This document shows, in pieces, positions 1-12,434 of a stretch of DNA of 64,000 bases. Each line of letters starts with the position of its first letter. The stretch's first letter is position 1. The notes beneath the pieces are model-generated. The model was not told the origin of the DNA. It worked only from the letters and a program-made list of their open reading frames with translations, and made no database searches. The translations under genes and the position numbers were made by a program. This DNA comes from Eremomyces bilateralis CBS 781.70 (Eukaryota), in NCBI GenBank assembly GCA_010015585.1, contig ML975155.1; one strand, 5' to 3'.

Positions 1-199
1 TGCGACCTTGGTTGGGAAGTAGAGGAGTAGCTCCAGGCGTTGGTCCACTTGGGGCAGCGCCATTCGGAAGGTAGCCATGGCCGTAAGGGCGGCCTTGGTT
101 TGCGGTTTGCTGTGTCGCAAACGGACGGTTAGTCAAGTCCCAATGATGATGGAAGGCCATAGGAACAAATCCTTGTGGAGGAGATCTTACCGAAGCCAT
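1..199 (-). CDS. 5' end of a conserved fungal protein, probably DUF2433/metallophosphoesterase-like; runs off the window
   Basis: ATG GCT TCG (199-191), intron GTAAGA..ACTAAC..CAG (190-110), then QTANQGRPYGHGYLPNGAAPSGPTPGATPLLPNQGR. The 'GATPLLPNQGR' motif is recalled from the N-terminus of fungal DUF2433 proteins. Confidence 0.55.
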   Translation of the reverse strand, partial: MASVRSPPQGFVPMAFHHHWDLTNRPFATQQTANQGRPYGHGYLPNGAAPSGPTPGATPLLPNQGR

Positions 200-824
200 T
201 TGAGTGCACGGAAGGAGATGATATCTGTCAAACTTGATCGAAAAGTGTGGTTGGGAATTTCGGAGTGGGACCGGGGAATGCGGAGATTTTGAGCTGATAT
301 GGCTGGTGTGTGGAATCACGAGAAGTGATAGCGAACCACGTGGGGGATTTGGGATAGTGAGGACTGATGAGAGGGTATCGTAAACAACAAGAAGCGAGAA
401 GTGAATTAATGGCGATGGGATGAGGGGGAATCGCGGTGTAAACGGATGGGAACAAGTCAAAAATGAAGAGCTTCTCTACGGTGAAAGAGTCGGACGTGAA
501 GTTGGGGATGCAAACTGGAGCAGCAGCCACCAAGGATGGCTCTTTCCCTTACAGGGGATGTGGCTTGGCATGTTCTGTGGCGTTAATATTGTGGCACAGT
601 AAAATGGAATTCAATCAAGGAAGGAATTGAGGAAGTGAATATATATATGCCTTGTGGCCTCAGGTACCTAATTTTATGTTGGTGGTGGCCTGGTGGGGCA
701 TCCCCAGCAATAATTTCGCGTTGCCAGGCATTAGAAAAACTGCTCTGTCCGCACCAGCATTTGTATTTTTCTTTTTCTTCCCACTTTCGCTTCCACCTGT
801 CTCTCTTCTTCAATTCTTCGAGAC

Positions 825-3800
825 ATGGACGAACAGGAATTTGTTCGGCTCCTTGAGAGTCTCCTTCTACGTACGTCTTTCCTTCAGATCTCAAGTATCA
901 TCATCTCGCTAACGTTTTCGGCTCATAGCGGACACGGAGAAGGTGAAGTCGGCCACCAAGGCCTTGAACAAAAATTACTATACCCATCCACAATCCGTTT
1001 TAGCGTTGCTTCACCTTCTTATATCCCATCCCAAAACAGAGGTGCGGCAACTGGCTGCCGTCGAGGCCCGTAAACTCGTCCCAAGGCACTGGTCGAAGAT
1101 CCCACAAGACCAGAAGCCGGAGATTCGGAACCAACTGTTGGCGAAGACATTGAATGAGGAAGCTAGGCTGGTCCGACATGCTTCGGCCCGTGTCGTCTGT
1201 GGCATCTACAAGCAAGACTATGAGACATGGACCGAGCTTCCAGGCCTTCTCCAGGCCGCTGCAGTGGAAAACGATGTCCGACACCGCGAAGTAGGCGTGT
1301 ATATCACGTACCTCCTGCTCGACGCAATGGGTGACATGTTCTCCGAGAACTTGGGCGGTGTGTTCGACTTGTTGCGCAAAACCATTCAAGATCCGGAGAG
1401 CATCGAAGTCCGTGTCAATACCATGCTGGCGCTGAGCCGTATTTCCATGTTGATTGACGCGGAGGAGGATGAAAAATCCGTGAAGGATTTCCAAAGCTGT
1501 GTGCCGGGGATGATGATCGCTTTGAAGGATGCTGTCCTTGCCCAAGCAGACCATGCTGCCCAAGCGTTCGAGGTGTTTCACACTTTCATCGCTGCCGATG
1601 GGGCGTTGCTCGACGCACACTTCAAGGACATTGTCAAGTTCATGATGGATCTTGCCTCTCAGCCCGACATGGATGAGGACTCCCGCTCACAAGCTCTGGG
1701 TTTCTTGATGCAAGCCGCACGATACAAGCGACTCAAGATCCAATCCCTCCGGATTGGAGAAGAGCTCACCCTCCGGTCTTTGCAGATCGTCAAAGAGCTC
1801 AACGACCTCGCTAGCGATGATGAAGACCTCTCACCTGCCCGTATGGCGCTCAGCCTCATCGACTACCTTGCCTCAAGTCTACCGCCCAGCCAGGTCGTCG
1901 TCCCGTTGTTGAGAGCTATTGGGCCCTATGTCACTTCGCAAGACCCTGGTGAGCGTCGTGCTGGGCTTATTGCCCTGGGTCAGTGCGTGGAAGGTGCACC
2001 GGATTTCATGAGCAGCCAGTTGAAAGAAATCATGCCCATGGTTTTGAGTCTTCTTGAGGACTCGAACGCCCAAGTCCGCGAAGCTGCTCTGAGCTGCATT
2101 GCTCGACTTGCGGACGACTTGGCGGAGGAACTCGGAAAGTACCATGAGCAGCTGATTCCCACCATGATCCGTGGCTTTGATGCCGCATACCAAGGGATTG
2201 GGAGCGGTAACGACGAGGAGGCCGCGCTCAGAATCATTCGCAGCACCTGCGACGCGATCGACTCTCTGATTGAAGGGTTGGAGAAAGAGGACGCCGCCAA
2301 GTACGCACCCGAGCTGGTTCAACGATTCAGCCGATTGCTGGAACACGATGATTACCGGACACGGTCAGCCGCTATTGGTGCGGTTGGGTCCATTGCCTCC
2401 GCCGCCGAAGAAGGGTTCATCCCATACTTCAAACAGACCATGCAGGCGCTTGGCAAATACGTGGAGCAGAAAGAGTCGCAAGAGGAGCTCGACCTCCGGT
2501 GCGTCGTTGTCGATTCAATGGGAAAGATCGCGATCGCGGTTGGCCCGGAAGAGTTCAAGCCGTTCGTGGTGCCTCTCATGCAGTCATCCGAGGAAGCATT
2601 GCATCTCGACCATCCCCATGTTCGCGAGACGAGCTACATCCTCTGGAGTACGATGGCCAAATTGTATGAAGAGGACTTTGCTCCGTATCTCGATGGCGTG
2701 GCGAAAGGGCTTCTAGACAGTCTCAATCAAGAAGAAGGCAACGACGACGTCGAGTTTGATGAAGACGCTGAAGATTTCGCCTCCACTCAGGTGACGATCG
2801 GTGGAAAGAAGTTCACCGTCGCTACCGCCAAGGATGAAGACGGCGAGGAGGAGATCATCGATCTGGATCCGTCCGGTGAAGACTGGGAAGATGAGGATTT
2901 TGAAGCCATCACCGCCATCGGCATGGAGAAGGAAATCGCGATCGAATGTATCGGTGACGTGCTGAGCTACACCAAAGCACGATACCTCCCACACTTCGAA
3001 AAGACGATCGAGTCCGTCCTCAAACTTGCCGAACATAGCTACGAAGGCATCCGGAAGGCGGCGATTGTCACGCTGTGGCGAGCATATGCTGTTGTTGCAG
3101 GCCTCGCCGAGCAGAATGGCGCTGAGAAATGGAAGCCTGGCTTCCCCCTGAAAGTCCAGCCATCGGACGACATTATGAAGCTGGGAGACATGATCATGAC
3201 GGCTACGTTGCCCAATTGGGAGGAGGAAGATGATCGGTGAGTTTTGTGTGCTGCATTTCAACCTGAACATCCATGCTTTTATGATGACAACTCCTTTGTT
3301 ACCCAGCTCACTCAGACGCCTAAGTGCGTATGAAGAGAACACAAAGATTAAACTAGTTCTGATCTTTCCATGATTCTTGTTACCTTATCTCGCTATTCCT
3401 CAGTTGAAGCTTGCTAACACGTTCGGATGAAGACCAACAGTCACCGACCTCAACCGCATCCTGGCCGCCACTTTGAAACAATGCGGACCCGCACCACTTG
3501 TGAAGAAAGACGGCACCGGCAATGTCGTCCACCAGCTTGTTGAAGGCATCGTCGCCATTCTCTCCAAGCAACATCGCTGCCAGCTCGATCTTGGTGATGA
3601 GAACGCCGACGAGGAGGACATTCCCCAGGAGTCATCCGAGTACGATTGGCTCATCATCGAAACCGCTCTCGATTTGATGGTCGCTCTCGCTGCCGTGATC
3701 GGTCCGGATTTCGTCGAGCTGTGGAAACGCCTGGAGAAGTACGTTTTGCGATGGGCCAGCGGCCAAGAAGGATACGAGCGCTCCGCAACGATCGGCTCGA

Positions 3801-4385
3801 TTGCCGAGTGCATCGCTCACATGGGTGAGGGCGTGACGCCGTACACCAGCTCGTTCATGAAGATCTTGTTGCATCGCGTCGGCGACGAGGACCCGGAGGT
3901 CAAGTCGAACGCCGTGTACGGAGTGGGGATGTTGTACGAGAAGTCGGGCGACGAGGCCGAGTTGTTGAAGAACCTAGGCTCCATCACGTCGAAGCTCGAG
4001 CCACTTCTGGATTCCGAGCAGCCGGCTCGGATCGCCGATAACTCGGCGGGATGTCTGAGCAGGATCATCTGCCGCTTCCCGAACCGGTTGCCGCTCAAGG
4101 ATGTGCTTCCGGTCCTCGTGGACCTGCTGCCGCTACGAGAAGACTATGAGGAGAATACACCGGTCTACAAGACCATTGTCGGACTTTGTAGGTCATCACG
4201 GATCTCTTATTCTATGCCATCTCATTAACCACTGAACAGACAAGACACAAAACGAGGCAATGCTCGCCCTCACCGAGCAGATGAAGCCGGCGTTGGAGAA
4301 GGTGCTGAGCCCACCAGAGGAGCAGCTCAACGATGAGACGCGCGGTCAGCTGAATGAGCTGGTCCAATTCCTGCAAAAGCAGTAA
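825..4385 (+). CDS. KAP123: Importin beta-4 / karyopherin Kap123
   Basis: Exons 825-870, 929-3236, 3433-4187, 4240-4385 join in frame. IBN_N-like 'EVRQLAAVEARKLV', many HEAT repeats and an acidic loop. Confidence 0.92.
3281..3362 (+). ncRNA. Intronic box C/D snoRNA, snR71/SNORD29-like (predicted guide for 25S Am2946, yeast numbering)
   Basis: Inside the 196-nt intron 3237-3432: box C ATGATGA 3281-3287, guide ACCCAGCTCAC 3301-3311 (antisense to the conserved LSU rRNA GUGAGCUGGGU), D' CAGA 3313-3316, C' ATGAAGA 3330-3336, D CTGA 3359-3362. Confidence 0.85.
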
Positions 4386-4623
4386 ATGATGGTGAACGGC
4401 CTTTAGGTTAGACTACGAAGTGCGATGACGATCACGCAACGATGGTAATAGAGGCGGTTTGGAAGCCAGCGTGGAGCGCCAAAGGGGCCATGGACGGATG
4501 ATTCCAAATGATATCCAGATTTTTTTTGTACTCCAGACGCCGTAGCTTTTCCAAGCCCATGCAATGCCTTGTATTAGATTCCATGTTGTTCCCACATAGA
4601 TGATGACACACGACCCGTTCCGT

Positions 4624-6222
4624 TCACCTTGCCGCCTCCAATCTCATCTTCCCTCTTGACCGCGCCTCATTCCGCTTGATCAACGCATACCACACCGAAC
4701 TCGCCCAGCACACCCCCACGCCCACCCACGCATGCGCCGGCATCTTCCCACTCAGCATCGCGAGCTGAAACGCGCCCCGCGGCACGCTCACGAAATTCGC
4801 CGACAGCGGACTCGTCGCCTTGACTAGTAGGAAGTAGAATAGAAACACCGCGAATGACGACAGCCCGCCGAGCAGGGTGAGGAACCAGAACCACGGCACG
4901 TCGAGGAAATAGCAGTTGCGCTGGATCTGGCCCAGCTCGCCCGACAGGATGACGAGCGGCGTGAGGACCGCGAGGGAGATCACCGAGACGTAATGCACGA
5001 CGCGCCAGTACGCGACGGCGGCGTGGCGGGTGGCGTTCGGGGTGCCCCGGCCGCTCGCCTCGTCGTAGGGATCGTCGATGTCGAGGAGGACTTCGGGAGG
5101 TTGGGATCCGCGCGGGACCGTGCGCATGTCGGCCAGCACGCGAACTGTACGCATGAGGATAATGGGATACACGCTGACGAAGACGGTCGACCACGTGCCG
5201 GCGAGGATGCTCTCCCAGGTCACGCGGGATCCTTTGCGGACGCTAGCGATCAGGAGGGTGAAGGTGGAGGTCAGGGCTGCGGATAGCACGGGGACCGAGT
5301 GGTTAGTACCGGTGAGAAAGGTGGTGAAGAGGAGGGTCGTGGGCGTGGTGCCGACTCTTGACAGCGTATAGACGGGAAGGACGGCGTAGCTGGGCGTGGT
5401 CAACGATACATCCACATTTTAGACCGTAATGCGACTCACGCGAACGAGATATTACTCAGGATGATTTTGCCGATAAACACCACGGCGAGCAAGAGGCATT
5501 GGCGCGCGATCTGCAAATCAAACTCGAAGATCCCCCCCCCGGCGATCCCACCAAACCTGTGGAGGAAGGGATAGAAGAGAATTCTCACCCACAGCGGCCG
5601 GTTGGCTTCCAATTGCAGGGCACCGGGCCGTTTCGATGGCGAACGAGACGGCGCGACCGCTGCCCCAAGGCCGGCCTTGACGAGCCATTTGCCTACTAGG
5701 CGGGTCAAGCCGGCGGCGAGCAGGAAGAATACGTGTGCAATGACAAGTTGAATCCATGTTGCCGTTAGGGGATATGGAAATCTTGAAAGAAATTTAGCGT
5801 CATGTCCTTGCTCCGGGTGGGCTAGACATACTTATACACTCCAGCTGCGAAATGTTAGAATCGATCCGCATGCATTACTTTTCGGGGTCGGACATACTCA
5901 ATAAAATCAATCTATTCAACACGACAAGAGCAAACTCGCATCCCGCCACCGCGAACACCAGAAACGCAACGTAAAATTGCAAGCCACCCCAAGTGCTCAA
6001 TAAAAACGCCCCGAACCCGCCATCGAGAAACACCCGCTTCCACGCGGAACGGTTGGAAAACTCCCCCTGTTCGTGCACCAGGGGTCTCAGACTCGGAGGG
6101 ACGGCGAAGTCGTCTTCATCGTCGGATTGTGTGGCACTTCCGGGCCGGCTCCGGGGATATGGCGATGGGGATCGGGAGACGTCAACCAAGGGGATAGCCG
6201 AGCTCATGGCCGTGGATGTCAT
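4624..6222 (-). CDS. Nucleotide-sugar / triose-phosphate transporter family (DMT) membrane protein
   Basis: Multi-exon gene including a 13-nt exon at 5832-5844 that gives ..LT-GVYK-FPYPLTATWIQL... Many hydrophobic helices and a 'KATSPLSANFVSVPR' motif typical of SLC35-type transporters. Confidence 0.75.
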
Positions 6223-7171
6223 ATATATTTCGGGTCCCGCTTCCTTCGCCTGTGCAACAAAGGTCAGACGGGAGACTGCTGACTGCTGGAAGAGTTCAAG
6301 GAATAATATTAAGAAAGTTGACCTTGAAAGGGGCGTAGAGCCGTAGACCGATTGGGCTTAGTCACTGCACAGCCAGATGGATAAACAGGTATGTGGCTGA
6401 AGGCTGTTGTTGGCTCCTGTGACGTCTTAAGGGTTTTGACTTTTGAGGCATTAATACCTTTCATTCTCGCCTTACGTACCTAACTCCAATCCAACAAGAT
6501 TCACTGAACAGGTATTCCCGTCTATTATGATGCCCTCTAAAGTTTGGGAATTTTCAACCCTTGACCTCATCCTTCGGCTGCAGAATTGCAGCACGTGATC
6601 GGTGATAAGATCTGATAATTGAGATGTTCGCCGAGTCGGGTGGATCGATCGAGATTGACCAGGGTCCGAGGTCTCATGCTGGCGGCACGTATCCAGGCGT
6701 GCCAGGAACCGCACTTCTCCGTCACGTCACTTCAATGTTGGCGTCCTCCCCCGATCTACGTCCTCCCCAATGTACGTCCATGTCCATCCGAGAACTCGAG
6801 GTCAAAACAATGCCAAAGAGTGCCCAAGTGGCTCCATGTCTCTCCTGGTATCCCACTGTTGATTACTCAACCGAATAACGTCGCATTGGTGCACTAGCAT
6901 CTGGACGAAGAAATTGTCGGTCCTGAAGGCTGAAGCATACCTTCAGGGCGTCAAGAACTCTTGGTCGTTTCCTGCTTTCGCCTCCTATTACCGTTCTTAA
7001 AGACGGAGAGCTCCCCATCTATATTAGGCTTGAGGTGCACGTCGAAGGCGAAGGGCAATTAATTTCTTCCATCCTGGATGTAGGGGAAGGTACTAGTTAC
7101 TCATCTGGAAATTGGAAGTCGATGTTCTAGACGTCGATGATGTAAAATTATTTGGAAACAACAGCTAGGGT

Positions 7172-7189
7172 CGGGCTTCCAGAACTCCG
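7172..7189. promoter_or_regulatory. Candidate AtrR response element (CGG-N12-CCG) upstream of the ABC transporter
   Basis: CGG gcttccagaact CCG, about 450 bp upstream of the ATG at 7634. Confidence 0.4.
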
Positions 7190-7633
7190 AACCACCGTGA
7201 TCGTCTGTTCTTTTTGCTTGTGTCGGGGTTCATGACGTGGAGCGACTAACGGTGGTCGACCAAATCTACCTCCGTAAGGGACCGATGACGCTCACCAGGC
7301 CGGAGTTAGGAATCAATATTGCTGATTGCTCACTTGATAACGCCGAAAGAAAATGATATTAACTGGATACTATCAAAATCGACTCGTCCTTCTTACTATT
7401 GTCAATTTTTCGATTATTAATGAGTCTTGCTTTACATTTTCATCCGCTTCGCGTTCTCGTTATATTCCCCTTCTTTTCTCTCTATCGTGTCACTTTGGCT
7501 CATGTAAAGGGTGTTTGCAGAAGCATGTCCTTAAGTTTTTGTGCGTCAACATAATTGAACTTTGTGGAGATACGACGCACGGCCATAGGCCAGCTTCAAT
7601 TGGTAGAAAGCAAACTTTTACACAGTTGGAAGC

Positions 7634-10600
7634 ATGGGGAGCGACAAGCCAACACCGATCAGGCAGAATGTACCTGGTGGATCGCCTAGCTATAGGCAAA
7701 GTTCGGGATTTGGGACGCAACCAACCCCTACTCCCGGCACTGGCAACGGATTCGACTCAACCAAAAGGTCGGGACCCCCAGCGGCGAGCACTTACCCTTC
7801 TAGTACCGATCAAGAAGCTTACCGGTCATCAACTTCTAGCGACGCAGACTCTTTCGACACCACAACAGTCGATTCACCGGAAGACAAGAATTCCATGCCC
7901 GTCGAGGAGGCTGAGACCCCAACCGAAGAGAAGGGAGAAGATGCCGCTTTTGCTCCCATAACCGCCCCCATCACGAAGCGGGAGGACCATCGGATGTCAG
8001 AGGGAGCAAAAATCTCGCGACAGCTTACCCAAGAACAGTTGTTTAAAACCCTTTCTCGAAGAAGGACCGGATCGGTTGCCACGCAAGATCCAGATGAGGA
8101 CGAAGCGCAAAAGGAGATTCGCCAGCTCCTTTCGCGAGTCTTTGGTCAATCACGTCAAGAGACATCCGAAGAAGAGAAGACACGGCATTTTGGCGTTGTC
8201 TTCAAACATCTCACGGTTATTGGTGCAGCCGCCGGGACGAGTCTTCAGCCTACCACTGGAGACGTATTCCTTGGGTTGGCACGTCAACTATGGACTCTAC
8301 TTAGCCGAGGTACCAGCTCCTTCAAAAAATCATCGAAAACCATCCTAGATGATTTCACCGGTTGCATCAAGCCTGGTGAATTAGTGTTGGTGCTCGGACA
8401 GCCTGGATCCGGTTGTTCTACCTTCCTGAAGGTGATCGGAAACCAGAGATCGGGATACCAAAAGATCGAAGGCGATGTGCGTTATGGTGGAACGAGCTCG
8501 GAAGAAATGGAAAAGAAGTTCCGAAGTGAAGTCATTTACGCCCCAGAGGATGATCTTCACTATGCGACTCTCAAAGTGAGGGATACGCTTAACTTTGCAT
8601 TGGAAACACGAACCCCGGGCAAGGAGTCAAGGAAAGAGGGCGAGAGCCGCAAATCCTACTCGAGAAATTTCCTCGAGGTCGTCACGAAGCTCTTCTGGAT
8701 CGAACACACTCTGGACACCAAAGTTGGCTCGGCATTCGTCCGTGGTGTTTCAGGCGGCGAGAAAAAGCGAGTCTCCATCGCTGAAGCCTTGGTTACGAAA
8801 GCCACAGTTCAATGCTGGGACAATAGCACGCGCGGCTTAGATGCGGCGACCGCCTTGGAGTATGTGCAAAGTTTACGGGCGCTTACGAACATGGCCTCCA
8901 CTTCCACTTGCGTTGCCCTTTACCAAGCTGGCCAGTCGATATATGAGCTGTTTGACAAAGTCCTACTCATCAACGAAGGCCAATGTTGCTATTTTGGGCC
9001 AACCGAGAAGGCGGGGCCGTACTTCAAGAGTCTGGGGTTTGCCCAACCGGAACGATGGACAACCTCCGACTTTTTGACCAGCGTGACTGATGATCATGAG
9101 CGTCAAATTCAGGATGGCTACGAGAATCGCATCCCTCGTAATGCAAGCGAGTTCGCGGCATCCTTCAAGAACAGTGACATCTACCGAAACAATCTGAACG
9201 AAGTCAATGAGTTCGAGATCGAGACTGAAGGCATCACAGCAGATCGAGAACGGGCGATGTCAAAAGCCACTCAAAAGAAGAACTACACTGTCTCGTTCCA
9301 AAAGCAGGTTATCGCTTGCACTAAACGCCAGGCTCTCGTCATGCTCGGTGACAAGGAGAGTCTTATTGGCAAGTGGTTCGGCATTGTCTTCCAGGCCCTG
9401 ATTACGGGCAGCTTGTTCTACAACCTCCCGAACACGGCCGCCGGCGTTTTTACCCGTGGTGGTGTCCTGTTCTTCATGCTTTTGTTCAACGCTCTCCTTG
9501 CCTTGGCGGAATTGACCGCTGCGTTCGAGTCTCGGCCGATTCTTATGAAACACAAAAGTTTTGCGTTCTACCGCCCAAGCGCGTACGCCATCGCGCAAAC
9601 CGTCATTGACGTGCCCCTGGTCTTCATTCAGATATCGATCTTCCAGCTGATTGTTTATTTTATGGCTAATCTGTCGCGCACTCCGAGCCAGTTCTTCATC
9701 GATTTTCTCTTACTATGGGTCGCAACCATGAGTATGTACGCATTCTTCCGAGCCGTTGGCTCTTTTGTTTCGTCCTTGGATATTGCGACGCGTATCACTG
9801 GGGTTGCCATTCAAATTTTTGTAGTCTATACCGGCTACCTAATTCCCAAAACCAAGATGCGACCTTGGTTCAAGTGGTTGATCTGGGTCAATCCTATCCA
9901 ATATGCTTATGAGGGTATGATCAGCAACGAGTTTCACGGCTTAGAAATTCAATGCACAACGCCTTATCTAGTGCCGCCGAATGCACCTCCAGCAAACCAA
10001 GGCTGTGCGCTTCAAGGCAGCAGGCCAGGCTCTACGACTGTGCTTGGCGACGATTACATCGAAACCGCATTCGGTTACTCTTATTCGCACCTATGGAGGA
10101 ACGTCGGCATCATCTTCGCATTTTTCTTCTTCTTCGTCTTCCTCACTGCGGTGGGTCTCGAGCGCCAGAAACCAAATACCAGCGGCGACTCGGTGACAGT
10201 CTACAAACGGGGCTACACTCCAGACCCCATGAAGCAAAAGAAATACGCATCTGATGAAGAGCACGGAATGGAAAAGAATTATCCTTCGCCAACCGAGTCT
10301 GGCAGTCAAGAACAAGATGTTACCACGGCGCTCAACGTCGATCATGCGGTACTCACATGGAGAGGAGTAACTTACACGATCCCCTACCAAGGCGGCCAAC
10401 GGACCCTCTTAAACGGCATCAGCGGCTACGTCAAACCCGGCAAACTGACCGCACTGATGGGCGCGTCCGGCGCCGGGAAAACCACCCTTCTCAATTCCCT
10501 CGCGCAGCGTCTCCGCATCGGCACCGTCACCGGTGACTTCCGCGTCGACGGCAAACCGTTGCCTCACAGCTTCGCACCCGCGTATGCTGAGCAGATGGAT

Positions 10601-12434
10601 ATCCACGAGCCGACGTCGACGGTCCGCGAAGCGCTCCGCTTCTCGGCTCAGCTGCGACAACCGTACGAAACGTCGACGAAAGAGAAGTACGACTACTGTG
10701 AGAAGGTGCTTGATTTGCTCGAGATGCGGGACATTGCTGGGGCGGTTATTGGCTCCGAGGGCAATGGACTGACACAGGAGCAACGGAAGCGTTTGACGAT
10801 TGGGGTGGAGTTGGCAAGTAAGCCAGACATGCTTGTGTTCCTTGATGAGCCGACGTCGGGGTTGGATAGTGGAGCCGCGTTCAATATCGTGCGGCTGCTT
10901 CGTAGGTTGGCGGATCAGGGGCAGACGATCCTTTGCACTATCCATCAACCTTCGAGTGTGTTGTTCCAGTACTTTGATAACCTGCTGTTGCTTAAAAGTG
11001 GTGGTAAGACGGCCTATTTCGGACCGATTGGCAACAACGGCCGTACACTTATCAACTACTTCGAGAGCAACGGTGGAAAGAGATGCCCACCTCAAACGAA
11101 TCCCGCAGAGTACATGCTCGACGTCATCGGAGCGGGTGATCCGACCTATCGAGGCCCTGACTATGGCGAGGTGTGGGATAATTCCAAAGAGAAGCGCGAG
11201 CTCGAGCAAGAGTTGGAAAAGCTGGACAACGAACGTCAAGGCACTCGAGTGAGTGAACGGAATACCAAGGCCGGCGGGTATGCAACGCCGTTCTGGACGC
11301 AGACATGGTTGGTCACCCATCGATCGTTTGTTTCGATGTGGCGAAGCCAGGACTACGTCGTTGGGATGATGATACTTCATATCTTCACTGGTAAGTCTGT
11401 TCGGGGGTGTTCTTCCCCCCCGAGAATGTACCTCCAGTATCTGACATATACCAGGTCTCTTCAATGCCTTCACCTTCTGGGACATTGGCAACAGCCAGAT
11501 CGACATGCAGAGTCGACTATTCTCGATCTTCATGGTTCTCACCATCTCCCCCCCGTTAATCCAGCAGCTTCAGCCTCGTTTTCTCGCGGCGAGGGCGCTG
11601 TTTGAGTCGCGCGAATCCAGCTCGAGGACCTACTCTTGGCCCGTATTTGTCATCTCCGTCATCGTGTCCGAGATCCCTTACCGCTTTGTTGCTGGAACGC
11701 TGTTCTTCGCGGCCTGGTATGTTGTGCTTTTGCATTCCCGTCTCTTGTCTCACTGACCCCTGTTCAGGTACTGGCCCCCTAGCCTGCCACGCGACGCCTA
11801 CACCTCCGGCATCGTCTGGTCCCTGGTGATGCTCTTCGAGCTCTACTACCTGGGCTACGGCCAAGCTATCGCCGCCATCTCGCCTAACGACCTGGTCGCG
11901 TCGCTCCTCGTCCCCGTCACCTTTATGTTCATCGTCGCCTTCTGCGGCATCGTCGTCCCGTACGCTGTGCTTCCCCACTTTTGGCAGTCCTGGATGTACC
12001 ACCTCACGCCCTTCCGCTACCTGCTCGAGATGTTCCTCACGCTCGTCACGCACGATGTGCCGCTGCGGTGCGAGCCGCAGGAGTTGGCTAGGTTTCCACC
12101 CCCGGCGGGCCAGTCATGCGAGAAGTTCACGGAGGCGTTCGTGCGACAGATGGGAGGGTATGTTGAAACGGTGGAGGGGGGGTTGTGCGGGTTCTGTCAG
12201 TATGCGAATGGCGATCAGTTCGCGGCGAGCTTCAACGCGTTCTACCGATTCCGATGGAGAGATTATGGGATCTTCTTGGGATATATCGCATTTAACTTCG
12301 CGATGGTGTTCGTCTTCACATGGATTTACCTGAGGGGTTCGCAGAAGATGAAAGGGGTGATCGGAAGGGCAAAGGCGAAGAGGGAAATGAAGAACCGCAA
12401 CCGTCAGACGGAGGAGGAGAAGGTGGAGGGTTGA
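7634..12434 (+). CDS. atrF: PDR-type (ABCG) multidrug ABC transporter, AtrF-like
   Basis: NBD1 GQPGSGCST/VSGGEKKRVS/CWDNSTRGLD and NBD2 GASGAGKT/LTQEQRKRLTIGVEL/FLDEPTSGLD, with two TMDs. Introns 11391-11454 and 11717-11767. The 'EEEKTRH..F.HLTV' and 'VTKLFWIEHTL' segments resemble Aspergillus AtrF. Confidence 0.9.

Noticed and set aside
10409..11545. 378-aa antisense ORF, and many similar shadow ORFs over Kap123, acuF, panB and the transporter
   Set aside because: These lie opposite or overlap clear conserved genes with biased codon usage and show no recognisable motifs.
7634..12434. ABC transporter as part of a secondary-metabolite cluster
   Set aside because: No PKS, NRPS, terpene synthase or tailoring genes are nearby; the neighbours are housekeeping genes.
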